A stretch of DNA of 61,860 nucleotides from assembly GCA_019420325.1 (NCBI GenBank), contig JAHZHK010000001.1:1-61860 (forward strand), read 5' to 3'. Below the pieces are notes generated by a model that saw only the letters and a list, made by a program, of their open reading frames with translations, ran no database searches and was not told the DNA's origin. Shown here piece after piece: positions 10,862 to 20,744 of this stretch; the stretch's first letter is position 1, and every line of letters begins with the position of its first letter. The stretch is from Coriobacteriaceae bacterium. GTDB lineage: Bacteria; Actinomycetota; Coriobacteriia; Coriobacteriales; UMGS124. The translations under genes and the position numbers were made by a program.

Positions 10862-13800
10862 ATGGCAAGCATCGACATCTCCCAGATCATTGAGACTGCT
10901 GTGCCTGCCATCCCGCAGGTCTATGCCTACACGACGCCCGAGATTGCGCGGCATGACGGGTGGACCAAAATTGGCTACACGGAGCAGAACGTCTGCGAAC
11001 GCATCAAGCAGCAGACGCACACCGCCGATGTGAAGTGGAACCTCGAGTGGAGCGGCAACGCCACCTGGGAGCATGGAGCCGGGACGTTTCGTGACACCGA
11101 CTTTCATGCGTATCTCGAGAAGCAGGGCGTGAGGCGCGAACCCAAGACCGAGTGGTTTGAAATCGGCGGGGAAGAGTCGCACCAGCAGTTCTATCGCTTC
11201 CGCGACACGGGCGGCACCCTTGCAACGCCCGAAGCCTCACCCTACGAGCTGCGCGCAGAGCAGGCACGTGCCGTTGAACAGACGCTCGCCTACGCTCGGG
11301 CACATTGGAGCGAGACAGGCGAGGGCGGTGGCGAATTCTTGTGGAACGCCAAGCCGCGCTTTGGCAAGACGCTCACGACCTACGACCTCTGCAAGCGCCT
11401 CGGCGCCAAGAAGGTCCTCATCGTGACCAACCGCCCCGCCATTGCCAACTCCTGGTACGACGACTACGTGAAGTTCCTGGGCAAAGAGTCGGGCTTCTGC
11501 TTCATCAGCAACGTGAGCGCACTGCAGGGAAGGCCTTTCTGCATGTCGCGCGAGGAGTATCTGCATCAGGGTCGCGGGGGCTTCATCGAGTTCGTGAGCC
11601 TGCAGGACCTGAAGGGTTCTATCCACTTCGGAGGCCCCTATCGCAAGCTCGAGGAGGTTGCCGAGCTCACCTGGGACGTCCTGGTCATCGACGAGGCGCA
11701 CGAGGGTGTGGACACCTTCAAGACCGACGTGGCGTTCGACCGTATCAAGCGCCGCTTCACGCTACATCTCTCCGGCACCCCGTTCAAGGCCATCGCCAAC
11801 GAGAAGTTCGCTGCCGACGCCATCTACAACTGGACCTATGCCGACGAGCAGCAGGCCAAGCGCGCCTGGCCCGCCGACTCCGAGCTGCCCAACCCCTACG
11901 CCAACCTGCCTCGTCTGAGCCTGCTCACTTATCAGATGAGCGACATCGTCGCCGACGAGGCGCGCCATGGTATGGAAATCGACGGCGAGCAGACGGAGTT
12001 CGCGTTCGACCTCAACGAGTTCTTCTCCACCACGCAGGGCGGGGCCTTCGTGCATGACGCCGACGTGGACAAGTTCCTCGACGCCCTCACGACTCGGGGC
12101 AAGTTCCCGTTCTCCACGCCCGAGCTCAGAGGCGAGTTGAAGCATACGTTCTGGATGCTGAACCGTGTGGATTCGGCAAAGGCCCTCGCCAAGAAGCTGA
12201 GGAACCACCCAGTGTTCAAAGACTACGAGGTGGTCCTTGCCGCAGGCGACGGCAAGATTGACGATGACGACGAGAACGAGAAGTCGTTCGACAAGGTGCG
12301 CGAGGCCATTGAAAAGCACGACAAGACCATCACTCTCTCCGTCGGCCAGCTGACAACGGGTGTCACCATACCCGAGTGGACAGCCGTGCTCATGCTCTCC
12401 AACATGCAGAGCCCGGCGCTCTACATGCAGGCGGCTTTTCGTGCGCAGAACCCGTGCCTCTTCGACTTGGGCGGCGGCAGGTTTGCCCGCAAGGAGAATG
12501 CCTACGTCTTCGACTTCGACCCGGCGCGCACGCTCACCATCTTCGAGGAATTCGCCAACGACCTATACAGCGAGACTGCCAAAGGCGCTGGCGACGTTGA
12601 GACGCGTGAGAGCCATATCCGTCAGCTGCTGAACTTCTTCCCTGTGTACGGCGAGGACGATGGCGGCGAGATGATCGAGCTTGACGCCGAGCGCGTGCTG
12701 AGCGTGCCTCGACACATCCATGCCCGCGAGGTCGTGAAGCGCGGGTTCATGAGCAACTTCCTCTTTCAGAACATCTCGAGTGTGTTTCGCGCGCCGGCCG
12801 AGGTGGTCCAGATCATCCAACGCTTCGACCCCTACGAGCAGGGCAAGGCAAAGGACAGGGACAAGAACAAGGTCGATGTCGACAAAGACACGGCAGATGA
12901 GCTCTCACTCAACGACGACGGTGAGGTCGAGATTCCCGAGGAACAGGTCATCGGTATGGCCCAGGACATCTTCGGGCCCAAAGTCTACGGCAATGTGGCT
13001 GCTGACCTGGCGCGCCAGGTTGAGGCCGTGGTCGCCGCGCGCGATGGCGGCGCGGACGTCCTGCTCGACAACCTCAAAGAGGCCTTCAAGAGCCATGTCA
13101 CTGAACCCTTGGTGATTGCGGTTTCGCAAAGCTATGGCAGCGAGCTCAAGCCCCGTCAGAAGAAGCAGCTTGAGCGCAAGGTCCAGGCCGAGGCCGTCAT
13201 CCAGCTGAACCGTGAGGTCGGCGGCTATCAAATCGAGGTGAAGCAGATCGAGTGGTCGCGTAAAGACCGACTGGCTGAAGCGTCAAACGAGGCTGAGCGC
13301 GAGCAGGTCAACCGCGAGCACGACGAGCAGAAGGCGCAGGCCTTCCAGGCGCTCACCCAAAAACTCGAGGAGTCCCGCGAGGAGCTTGTGCGCAGTGCCG
13401 GTGAGACCGTTGTGCGCGAGGTTGAGACGGCCAAGAAGGAGGAGCAGAAGCAAGGCGTCGAGGATAAGGTCCGGGCGCACTTGCGCGGTTTCAGCCGTAC
13501 CATTCCCTCGTTTCTCATGGCGTACGGAGAGCACGGCACCACGCTCTCCAGTTTCGACGCGGTGATTCCGCCGGATGTGTTTGAGGAAGTCACGAGCATC
13601 ACGGTGGACGAGTTCCGGTTCTTGCGCGACGGCGGCGACTATGTCGATGAGCAGACCGGCGAGACAAGGAACTTCGTAGGCCACCTGTTCGACGAAGTGG
13701 TGTTTAACGACTCCGTCGAGGAGTTCATCAAGCTTAGGGAGCGCCTTGCCGATTACTTCGACGAGACACAGGTCGAGGATATCTTCGATTACGTGCCGCC

Positions 13801-14221
13801 GCAGAAGACCAACCAGATCTTCACGCCGAAGAACGTCGTGCGCGACATGGTGGACATGTTCGAGCGCGAGAACCCCGGCTGCTTCGACGACCCGAGCCAC
13901 ACCTTTGCCGACCTCTACATGAAGAGTGGCCTGTACATCACCGAGATTATCAAGCGCTTGTACCGCAGTGAGGGGATGAAGGCCTCCTTCCCCGACGATC
14001 GCGAGCGACTCGATCACATCCTCGAACATCAGGTGTTCGGCATCGCCCCGACGAAGATCATCTATGAGATTGCGACGAACTACATCCTCGGCTTCAACGA
14101 CGAGGTTGGCCAAGGATGCGACACCAACTTCGTAATGGCCGACTCTTCCGAGCTGGCCAAAGAGGGCAAGCTCGAGGCTTTCGTCGAGCGTGTGTTTGGC
14201 CCGAAGCTCTACGAGGAGTGA
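10862..14221 (+). CDS. GIY-YIG (T5orf172-like) nuclease domain fused to a DEAH/SF2 Res-like helicase, with coiled-coil and a truncated methyltransferase-like C-terminus
   Basis: The N-terminus VYAYTTPEIARHDGWTKIGYTEQNVCERIKQ...EWFEI is GIY-YIG/T5orf172-like. Helicase motifs: KPRFGKT (I), VLVIDEAHEG (II), LHLSGTPF (III), QAAFRAQN (VI-like). C-terminal QIFTPKNVVRDMV...FADLYMKSGLYI resembles MTase motifs X and I, but no NPPY follows. The ATG lies 2 nt after the MTase stop. Confidence 0.75.
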   Translation: MASIDISQIIETAVPAIPQVYAYTTPEIARHDGWTKIGYTEQNVCERIKQQTHTADVKWNLEWSGNATWEHGAGTFRDTDFHAYLEKQGVRREPKTEWFEIGGEESHQQFYRFRDTGGTLATPEASPYELRAEQARAVEQTLAYARAHWSETGEGGGEFLWNAKPRFGKTLTTYDLCKRLGAKKVLIVTNRPAIANSWYDDYVKFLGKESGFCFISNVSALQGRPFCMSREEYLHQGRGGFIEFVSLQDLKGSIHFGGPYRKLEEVAELTWDVLVIDEAHEGVDTFKTDVAFDRIKRRFTLHLSGTPFKAIANEKFAADAIYNWTYADEQQAKRAWPADSELPNPYANLPRLSLLTYQMSDIVADEARHGMEIDGEQTEFAFDLNEFFSTTQGGAFVHDADVDKFLDALTTRGKFPFSTPELRGELKHTFWMLNRVDSAKALAKKLRNHPVFKDYEVVLAAGDGKIDDDDENEKSFDKVREAIEKHDKTITLSVGQLTTGVTIPEWTAVLMLSNMQSPALYMQAAFRAQNPCLFDLGGGRFARKENAYVFDFDPARTLTIFEEFANDLYSETAKGAGDVETRESHIRQLLNFFPVYGEDDGGEMIELDAERVLSVPRHIHAREVVKRGFMSNFLFQNISSVFRAPAEVVQIIQRFDPYEQGKAKDRDKNKVDVDKDTADELSLNDDGEVEIPEEQVIGMAQDIFGPKVYGNVAADLARQVEAVVAARDGGADVLLDNLKEAFKSHVTEPLVIAVSQSYGSELKPRQKKQLERKVQAEAVIQLNREVGGYQIEVKQIEWSRKDRLAEASNEAEREQVNREHDEQKAQAFQALTQKLEESREELVRSAGETVVREVETAKKEEQKQGVEDKVRAHLRGFSRTIPSFLMAYGEHGTTLSSFDAVIPPDVFEEVTSITVDEFRFLRDGGDYVDEQTGETRNFVGHLFDEVVFNDSVEEFIKLRERLADYFDETQVEDIFDYVPPQKTNQIFTPKNVVRDMVDMFERENPGCFDDPSHTFADLYMKSGLYITEIIKRLYRSEGMKASFPDDRERLDHILEHQVFGIAPTKIIYEIATNYILGFNDEVGQGCDTNFVMADSSELAKEGKLEAFVERVFGPKLYEE

Positions 14222-14225
14222 ACAC

Positions 14226-15560
14226 GTGGTCGGTTCGAATTGCGGCTTACAAGACGGGCGCGCGGATGCGGCGCGCGAGGCGGTCGCGTCGGTGCGGCGC
14301 GAGGACACTGAGATATGTGCCCGCCTCGTCTTTCGCACCTCCCGCAGCGAGTTGAGGAGCTCCGGGATAACCACGCCCGTCGCGCTCTACGATGAGTTGA
14401 AACAGGTCTTCTGGAACGTCGAGGAAGGGGTCGTTCTGGGTGACCACCTTTCCGTGGGATTCGGCAAGGTGGACCGCCGTCGGCAGGTCCGGTCTTTCGC
14501 CTCGCGTCATGCAGACGAACCGAGAGATATCGTTGCGAAGGCCTACGAGCGCGAATACGGCTTCAGCGCCGGCATCGCGGCGATATGGCTCGATCTGTTC
14601 GCCGAGCTCTCGGGCGTAAGCATCGCGGAATGGCTCGGCACCGAGGCGGCGCAGGACGCAGATACTGCTTCGCGCTCCGCCAATGCCGCCGATGTCCCAA
14701 CGGGCACATCGGCGATGGAGGCCGACAGTGGGAGCAACGCAATCACCCTTAGCGGCTTCCTTGCCAGAGAGCTTAACGGCGACATCTGCGATGCGGAGCT
14801 CGTGCGTCGGCGTTTCGCCTTCGAATTCCCTGGCGAACGTGTGGAGGCGCTTGAGTGCGGAATCGAGGGCCTCGGCTACTATGAAGACCATGGCCTGCTA
14901 TTCCATGAGGGAGATACGCCAAACGGCCACTTCACACGGCTTTTGGGAAGCTGTGCCTCCTTCGCGAAAGGCGACGTTGGGTTCGAGGACGCCGTGTGGC
15001 AGCACCCTACCTTCCGCTACGTGCTACGCCAGGCGCTTTCGGACCACCGCGTGCTTGTATACGAGGGCGACAGCTTCATCTCGTTCGCGCGGTTGCATAA
15101 CGTATTAGGCACGCTCATGGCGGATATCGAATCGTTCGCGCCCGCAGTAAGCATGGGGGTATCGGAGGACGAGCCCTTCACGGTGGCGAGCCTGCGCGCG
15201 GGCGGCGCGTCCCCTCATCCTCTGTACGAGCTTGACATGCCCGACGACTTCTACGAAGGGCTGATCGACGTGAGCGAGCTCTTTCGCAATTGCACGCTTG
15301 CCGGGACCAAAGTGTTTGTAGCCGGCGGTGAGGGACGGTTCTCTGCCGCCAACCTCATCGAGTGGCTTGTTGCTCGTCATGAGGGAATCGAACGAGACGA
15401 TTTGCCGCGCCTGCTCGCTGGCGACTTGGGGATAGCATGCCCACAGCCGCTCCTGACCACGACCATACACAATTCCGATGTCTACTACGACGACATCGGG
15501 GACGCATATTACTCATCCATGGAGACATGGAAGAAGGAGGCACGCAATGGGCTTGCTTAA
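14226..15560 (+). CDS. Hypothetical protein of about 445 aa, no recognisable domain
   Basis: ORF 14190..15560. I prefer the GTG at 14226, which sits 7 nt after a GAGGAG and 4 nt after the helicase stop. Coding-like and co-directional within the operon. The start is uncertain. Confidence 0.5.
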   Translation: MVGSNCGLQDGRADAAREAVASVRREDTEICARLVFRTSRSELRSSGITTPVALYDELKQVFWNVEEGVVLGDHLSVGFGKVDRRRQVRSFASRHADEPRDIVAKAYEREYGFSAGIAAIWLDLFAELSGVSIAEWLGTEAAQDADTASRSANAADVPTGTSAMEADSGSNAITLSGFLARELNGDICDAELVRRRFAFEFPGERVEALECGIEGLGYYEDHGLLFHEGDTPNGHFTRLLGSCASFAKGDVGFEDAVWQHPTFRYVLRQALSDHRVLVYEGDSFISFARLHNVLGTLMADIESFAPAVSMGVSEDEPFTVASLRAGGASPHPLYELDMPDDFYEGLIDVSELFRNCTLAGTKVFVAGGEGRFSAANLIEWLVARHEGIERDDLPRLLAGDLGIACPQPLLTTTIHNSDVYYDDIGDAYYSSMETWKKEARNGLA

Positions 15561-16758
15561 TGAGGGAATTGCTACCGGCAACGTTCTGCCGACGGGGCGC
15601 AAAGAGAAGCACTCCATCGATAACGTGACGCGGGACTTCGACATCTACCGCATCAAATGCGACCTGCTGTTCTACAACGACCAGAACGACCGCATCGCTA
15701 CGTGGGTGAGCGAGTACGACTCGACGCAGGGCGCGAACCTGCTCGCTCTCGGCCGTGACGAGTACAACGGCGTCATCGAGAACTTCATCGTCGACAGCAA
15801 TCCCGCAGCGCTTCGAAAGACCGAGAAGAGCATCGCCCTTCAAGGCCAGCTGAGGCCGGGCATAGTGCTCAACGACGGACGCGTCATCGACGGCAACCGT
15901 CGCCTGACCTGCCTGCGTCGTCTCGCGCGGGAAAACAACGAGGTCGGCTGGTTCGAGGCGGCCATTCTTGACGACGCCACCGGCAGCGACCCGAAGCGCA
16001 TCAAGCTGCTCGAGCTCGCGATTCAGATCGGCGAGGAAGAGAAAGTGGCATACGACCCGGTCGACCGCCTCGTTGGCGTGTACCGCGACGTGGTGAAAAA
16101 CCACCTCATCACACCTGCCGAGTACGGCAGTGCGACGGGCATGACCGAGGCTGAGGTCAGGAAGCTCGTCGACCGCGCACAATACATGGAAGAGTTCCTC
16201 GAGTTTTGCCAGGCTCCCGAACAATACCACCTCGCCCGCGCCCTCAAGGTTGACGGCCCCTTGGGCGAGTTCAGCCGTGTGCTGAAGAAGTACGGTAGCA
16301 AGCGGGATAAGGAGCTTGTCAAACGGCTTATGTTTGCCAATATGGTGGTGCAGCCCGAAGGAGATATCACCCGTTACGTCAGGGATTTCGGCAGCGTGGC
16401 GGGCACGGACGCCGAGGCCGACTTCAAAGCTGCGGAGCTGCAGTCGATGTCCGAGCTTCTCGACAAGATGGGCCCTGATGCCCTCACTCGCGAAAAGGTC
16501 AGCGAGCTGCGCTCGGATGCCAACCTCGTCGATGGCTTCAGGCGCGCCGGGGACCGCGCCAGGGAAACCGTTCGTCGCGGCAAACTCATGGACACACCGG
16601 CAAAGAAATCCGCCGACTGCCTCGCAGAATTAGAAAAGATCCTCCCCGAGATGCTCGACGTCCTGGGGCCGGACGAGCTTGAGAAGGTGCGCCGCAACCT
16701 CTTGGATGTCGCCGAAAAAGTGGAAGAGCTGATTGGAGAGATCGATGAGCGTGCCTAG
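15547..16758 (+). CDS. ParB/Srx-fold (ParB N-terminal domain-like) protein
   Basis: ORF 15478..16758. ATG at 15547 with a GGAGG RBS, overlapping the previous gene by 14 nt. GIVLNDGRVIDGNRRLTCLRRLA is a ParB-type DGxRR box (15889-15903). The remainder is helical with no other motif. Confidence 0.6.
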   Translation: MGLLNEGIATGNVLPTGRKEKHSIDNVTRDFDIYRIKCDLLFYNDQNDRIATWVSEYDSTQGANLLALGRDEYNGVIENFIVDSNPAALRKTEKSIALQGQLRPGIVLNDGRVIDGNRRLTCLRRLARENNEVGWFEAAILDDATGSDPKRIKLLELAIQIGEEEKVAYDPVDRLVGVYRDVVKNHLITPAEYGSATGMTEAEVRKLVDRAQYMEEFLEFCQAPEQYHLARALKVDGPLGEFSRVLKKYGSKRDKELVKRLMFANMVVQPEGDITRYVRDFGSVAGTDAEADFKAAELQSMSELLDKMGPDALTREKVSELRSDANLVDGFRRAGDRARETVRRGKLMDTPAKKSADCLAELEKILPEMLDVLGPDELEKVRRNLLDVAEKVEELIGEIDERA

Positions 16759-18688
16759 GGTCGTCGTCTGCTACGACAACGCCCGACCCGGCATGCATCT
16801 GAGTATCGAGGGACAAGACGCTGCCACATTCATGGCGTCAGCGGCGTGGCGCGCTTGGCTGTATTACCCAGCCAGTGCGGTGGAAGGCGTCGAAGACAAC
16901 CGCATCCTGCTCGATGGGGACATGGGTCTGCGCGAATGCCATGAGATGTGCGATGCGGTGCTTGAGGCCGACGGCCATGGTGTCGAGGTCCAGGTAAGCC
17001 GAAGTTTCGACGAGTACGTGAACGCGGGTGAGACGTACATACGGGAGAGGTCGAAGATGGGACTTGCGATCAAGTCCCAGACTGCCGACGGTATCGCCGA
17101 CGACCCCCAACTAGGACCGCTGTTCCAAGAGTTCCGCGATGTAGTGAACTCCGCCATGGTGCGCCCGCTTCGTAACCGTCAGATGCTTGACGCCTTCTTC
17201 ATGGCAACCGTGGGCCGTTCGGCGGATTTCTCGGTGCCCGGCGCAGGTAAGACCGCAACCGTGCTCGGTGTGTTCGCCCACCTGAGGCATCTTGGGCTAG
17301 CTCGCCGAGTGGTTGTCGTCTGCCCCAAGAACGGTTTCGAGTCGTGGGAGAAGGAGTGGGTTGCGACGTTCGGGGACAAACTCCCGCTCGACTGCTTCTC
17401 TCTAGGCGACTCGCGTGTGGCTGCTTTGACCATGGACAGTCGAAAGCGTGCCCTTTCGCTTGATAGCGGGAGATGCAACCTCTTTACGTTCAACTACGAG
17501 TCGCTTCAAAACTATGTAGGCGAGCTGCATCCTATAGTCGCCGACGGAACTCTTCTCGTGTTCGACGAGGTGCATCGGGCGAAGGCAATCGGCGGCAAAC
17601 GTGCGAGGGCGGCGTTGGAGGCATCCAAGGGGGCCGAGTTCGTCGTCGCCCTGACGGGAACGCCCATCCCTAACACGTATCAGGACATCTACAACTTCCT
17701 GCACATCCTCTATCCTGAAGACTACGACACGTTCTTTGGATACGAGCCCGGCGAGCTCAAGGCGCCCGGTCCCAGAGTCGTGGAGGACATCAACCGGAGC
17801 CTCGCCCCGTTCTTCTGCCGCACGAACAAGGATGAGCTCGGCGTGCCACGACCCGAGCCCGACACCATGGTGGAGGTTGAGGCGTCGGCGGACGAGAACA
17901 CGCTGATGCGCGTGCTCGATGGGGTATGTCCCAACGTGCTTGCCTTTACCGTGCGAATGCTGCAGCTGGAAAGCGACCCGGAACTGCTTGGCTCGGCCGT
18001 CGACCCCGGCGACCTCGAGTATGTTCTCGACCAGGTCGGCGACGCGTATGACGACATCGACTACGTGGACTTCTCCCAGACCTTTTACGACGCCATTGAG
18101 CGGAGTCGACCGAGCTCGAAGCTGCTGGCGTGCGAGAGGCTGGTGGCCGATATCGTGGCGCAAGGCAGGCCTGTCGTTGTGTGGTGCATCTTCGTGCGCA
18201 GCATCAGCAACATGCGCAAGCGCCTCTCGGCATTGGGCATATCCGTCGAGACGATCTACGGGGCGACGCCGCAGGACGAGCGTCGCCAGATTCTGGACGA
18301 TTTCAGGGCGGGCAAGTTCAAGGTCCTTGTGACCAATCCCCAAACACTTGCAGAATCCGTCTCTCTGCACATGGTGTGCCATGATGCCGTCTATTTCGAG
18401 TACGGCTACAACCTCGTCCATCTGTTGCAGTCCAAGGACCGCATCCATCGACTTGGGCTGCCGGACGGGCAAAAGACCCGGTACTACTTCATGCGTCAGG
18501 TCTTTACATACCAGGGAAAGCCCTTTTCGCTTGACGAGGCGATATACGGTCGCCTGAAGGCGAAGGAGCAGACGATGCTCGATGCCATCGAGGGCGGCTA
18601 CCTTGAGGGCGGTTATACCGACGAGGAGGACCTGAAGGCGATCTGGGAGCAGCTCCTCGGCGATGCGGCGAAGAGGTTGAGGTACTAG
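16745..18688 (+). CDS. SNF2-family helicase
   Basis: Motifs: SVPGAGKTAT (I), LLVFDEVHRAK (II), VALTGTPIPN (III), VLVTNPQTLAESVSL (V), LLQSKDRIHRLG (VI). ATG at 16745 overlaps the ParB-like gene by 14 nt. The N-terminal about 140 aa are unassigned. Confidence 0.8.
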   Translation: MSVPRVVVCYDNARPGMHLSIEGQDAATFMASAAWRAWLYYPASAVEGVEDNRILLDGDMGLRECHEMCDAVLEADGHGVEVQVSRSFDEYVNAGETYIRERSKMGLAIKSQTADGIADDPQLGPLFQEFRDVVNSAMVRPLRNRQMLDAFFMATVGRSADFSVPGAGKTATVLGVFAHLRHLGLARRVVVVCPKNGFESWEKEWVATFGDKLPLDCFSLGDSRVAALTMDSRKRALSLDSGRCNLFTFNYESLQNYVGELHPIVADGTLLVFDEVHRAKAIGGKRARAALEASKGAEFVVALTGTPIPNTYQDIYNFLHILYPEDYDTFFGYEPGELKAPGPRVVEDINRSLAPFFCRTNKDELGVPRPEPDTMVEVEASADENTLMRVLDGVCPNVLAFTVRMLQLESDPELLGSAVDPGDLEYVLDQVGDAYDDIDYVDFSQTFYDAIERSRPSSKLLACERLVADIVAQGRPVVVWCIFVRSISNMRKRLSALGISVETIYGATPQDERRQILDDFRAGKFKVLVTNPQTLAESVSLHMVCHDAVYFEYGYNLVHLLQSKDRIHRLGLPDGQKTRYYFMRQVFTYQGKPFSLDEAIYGRLKAKEQTMLDAIEGGYLEGGYTDEEDLKAIWEQLLGDAAKRLRY

Positions 18689-18741
18689 ACAGACGAGGTT
18701 CTCCGGCGTGCGGGGGCAGACCCGCCGCGTTGGCAAGAAAA

Positions 18742-18772
18742 GGGGCACAGGCGCGCGGCACGCCCGTGCCCC
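18742..18772. terminator. GC-rich hairpin between convergent genes (SNF2 helicase / pepF), likely a bidirectional terminator
   Basis: GGGGCACAGGCG-cgcggca-CGCCCGTGCCCC (12-bp stem, one mismatch), flanked by AAAA 5' and GGGTTTT 3'. Confidence 0.5.
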
Positions 18773-18805
18773 CGGGTTTTGCAGGGCTTGCTGCCCTCGC
18801 GTTCC

Positions 18806-20599
18806 CTACCTCGTCAGCTCCGCCAGCTCGTCGATGAGCTCGCCGAAATACGCGAGCGCCTCGTCCACCGGTGCCGGCGTCGCCATGTCCACGCCCGCCC
18901 CGCGCAGAAGCTCGATGGGGGGCTTGGAGCAGCCGCCCGACAGGAATCCCAGGTAATCGGCCACGGCAGGGGCACCTTCGTTGAGGATGCGCTGCGACAG
19001 GGCGATGGCGGCCGCGTAGCCCGTGGCGTACTGGTAGACGTAGTAGTCGTAGTAGAAGTGCGGGATGCGCGCCCACTCCAGGGCAATTTGGTTGTCCACG
19101 ACCATCTCGGGCCCAAAGTAGTCCTCGTTGAGCTTGCGGTACAGCGCGCTCAGTGCTTCGGCGGTGAGGCCCTCGCCACGTGCGTTCATGCGGCCTGCCT
19201 CCAGCTCGAACTCGGCAAACATGCACTGGCGGTAGATGGTGCCCTTGAACTGCTCGAGGTGATGGTCGAGCAGGTAAGCGCGCTCGGCGTCGCTTTGCGT
19301 GTGCTCGAGCATGTAGCGCATGAGGAGCGCCTCGTTGCAGGTGGAAGCCACCTCGGCCACGAAGATGGGGTAGTCCGAGTAGCGTGCGGGCTGGTGCGAG
19401 CAGCTCAGGTAGGTATGCACCGAGTGACCCATCTCATGCACGAGCGTGAACACGTCGTCGAGCGTGCCCTGGAAGTTCAGAAGGATGACGGGCTGCATGC
19501 CGTATCCGCCGGCCGAGTAGGCGCCGCTGCGCTTACCGGGGTTTTCGTACACGTCGACCCAGCGGCTTTCCAGACCGTGGCGCACGATGGCGAGGTAGTC
19601 CTCGCCCATGGGCTCAAGCGCGCGCAGGATGAGGTCGCAGGCCTCCTCGTAGGTGAACTTCATCTCGAAGTTGCTCACCATGGGCACATAGACGTCCCAG
19701 AAGTGCAGCTCGTCTACGCCGAGCAGACGTTTGCGCAGGCCAACGTAGCTGTGCATGGCGCCCAGGTTGCGCCGTACCGCGTTGATGAGGTTGGTGCAGA
19801 CCTCTTCGGGCACCTCGTTGGCGTCGAGTGCCGCCTGCATGCTCGAGTCGTAGTGCCGTGCGTCGCTGAAGAACTTGAGCTGCTTGACCTGGGAAGCGAG
19901 CATGGCGGCAGCAGTGTTCTTGAACTGGTCGTACACCCCGTAGAGGCTCTCATAGGCGCCCTGGCGAAGGGTGCGGTCGCCGCTTCGCTCGAGCGGCACG
20001 AACGTGCCGTGCGTCACCTGATGGCGCGCGCCCGTGCTGTCGAGCGCCTCGGGGAACGTCAGGTCGGCGTCGCTGAACATGCTGAAGACATTTTCCGGCT
20101 GGCGTGCGATTTCTCCGGCGCTGGCAAGCAGGGCTTCCTCGGCGCTCGAGAGCGTGTGGGAGCGGCGGGCGAGCACGCGCTCGATGGCGCGCCTCCAGCC
20201 CTCGAGCGCGGGCTTGTCGGCATAGAAGCCCTCCACGCGGGCCTCCTCGCAGGCGAGCAGTTCTGCCTCAAACCAAGAGGTCGCCGAGGAGACCTGCACG
20301 CAAAGCGTTGTCACGCGCGCACAGAAGTCCTGGTAGAGGGCGACACGCGTATCCTCGTCGCACTTACGCTCGGCATAGTTGGCAAGCCGTGCAAGCTCGG
20401 TGTTGCATGCGTCCTGCTCTTCCAGGAAGGCAAGAAGGGCCTTGGCGCTTTCGCATGCGAGTCCGCGGAAGCGCACCAGCCGCTGAGGCATGTCTTGGGC
20501 GAGCTGCAAGGCGTTGAGGAAGTCCTCGTCGCTTGCGTACATGCTCGACAGGTCCCAAGTGTAGTGTTCGGGCACTTGTGAACGTTCTTTGACTTCCAT
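18806..20599 (-). CDS. pepF: Oligoendopeptidase F (M3B metallopeptidase)
   Basis: HEMGHSVH zinc motif and overall PepF pattern (YTWDLSSMY..., FYYDYYVYQYATG). Start placed at MEVKERS (20599). Confidence 0.85.
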   Translation of the reverse strand: MEVKERSQVPEHYTWDLSSMYASDEDFLNALQLAQDMPQRLVRFRGLACESAKALLAFLEEQDACNTELARLANYAERKCDEDTRVALYQDFCARVTTLCVQVSSATSWFEAELLACEEARVEGFYADKPALEGWRRAIERVLARRSHTLSSAEEALLASAGEIARQPENVFSMFSDADLTFPEALDSTGARHQVTHGTFVPLERSGDRTLRQGAYESLYGVYDQFKNTAAAMLASQVKQLKFFSDARHYDSSMQAALDANEVPEEVCTNLINAVRRNLGAMHSYVGLRKRLLGVDELHFWDVYVPMVSNFEMKFTYEEACDLILRALEPMGEDYLAIVRHGLESRWVDVYENPGKRSGAYSAGGYGMQPVILLNFQGTLDDVFTLVHEMGHSVHTYLSCSHQPARYSDYPIFVAEVASTCNEALLMRYMLEHTQSDAERAYLLDHHLEQFKGTIYRQCMFAEFELEAGRMNARGEGLTAEALSALYRKLNEDYFGPEMVVDNQIALEWARIPHFYYDYYVYQYATGYAAAIALSQRILNEGAPAVADYLGFLSGGCSKPPIELLRGAGVDMATPAPVDEALAYFGELIDELAELTR

Positions 20600-20744
20600 G
20601 CGCGGTAACCATCCTTTTAAAAATCGATGCCAAACTCTATGCCTTATACGTGGCTCAGAGTATGGCACAGTCATCTATGGTTCTTACGAGTACACCTTAT
20701 AAAACTTTTCTGTTCAGCGTTTAAGTTAGAACCATGTTACTAAA

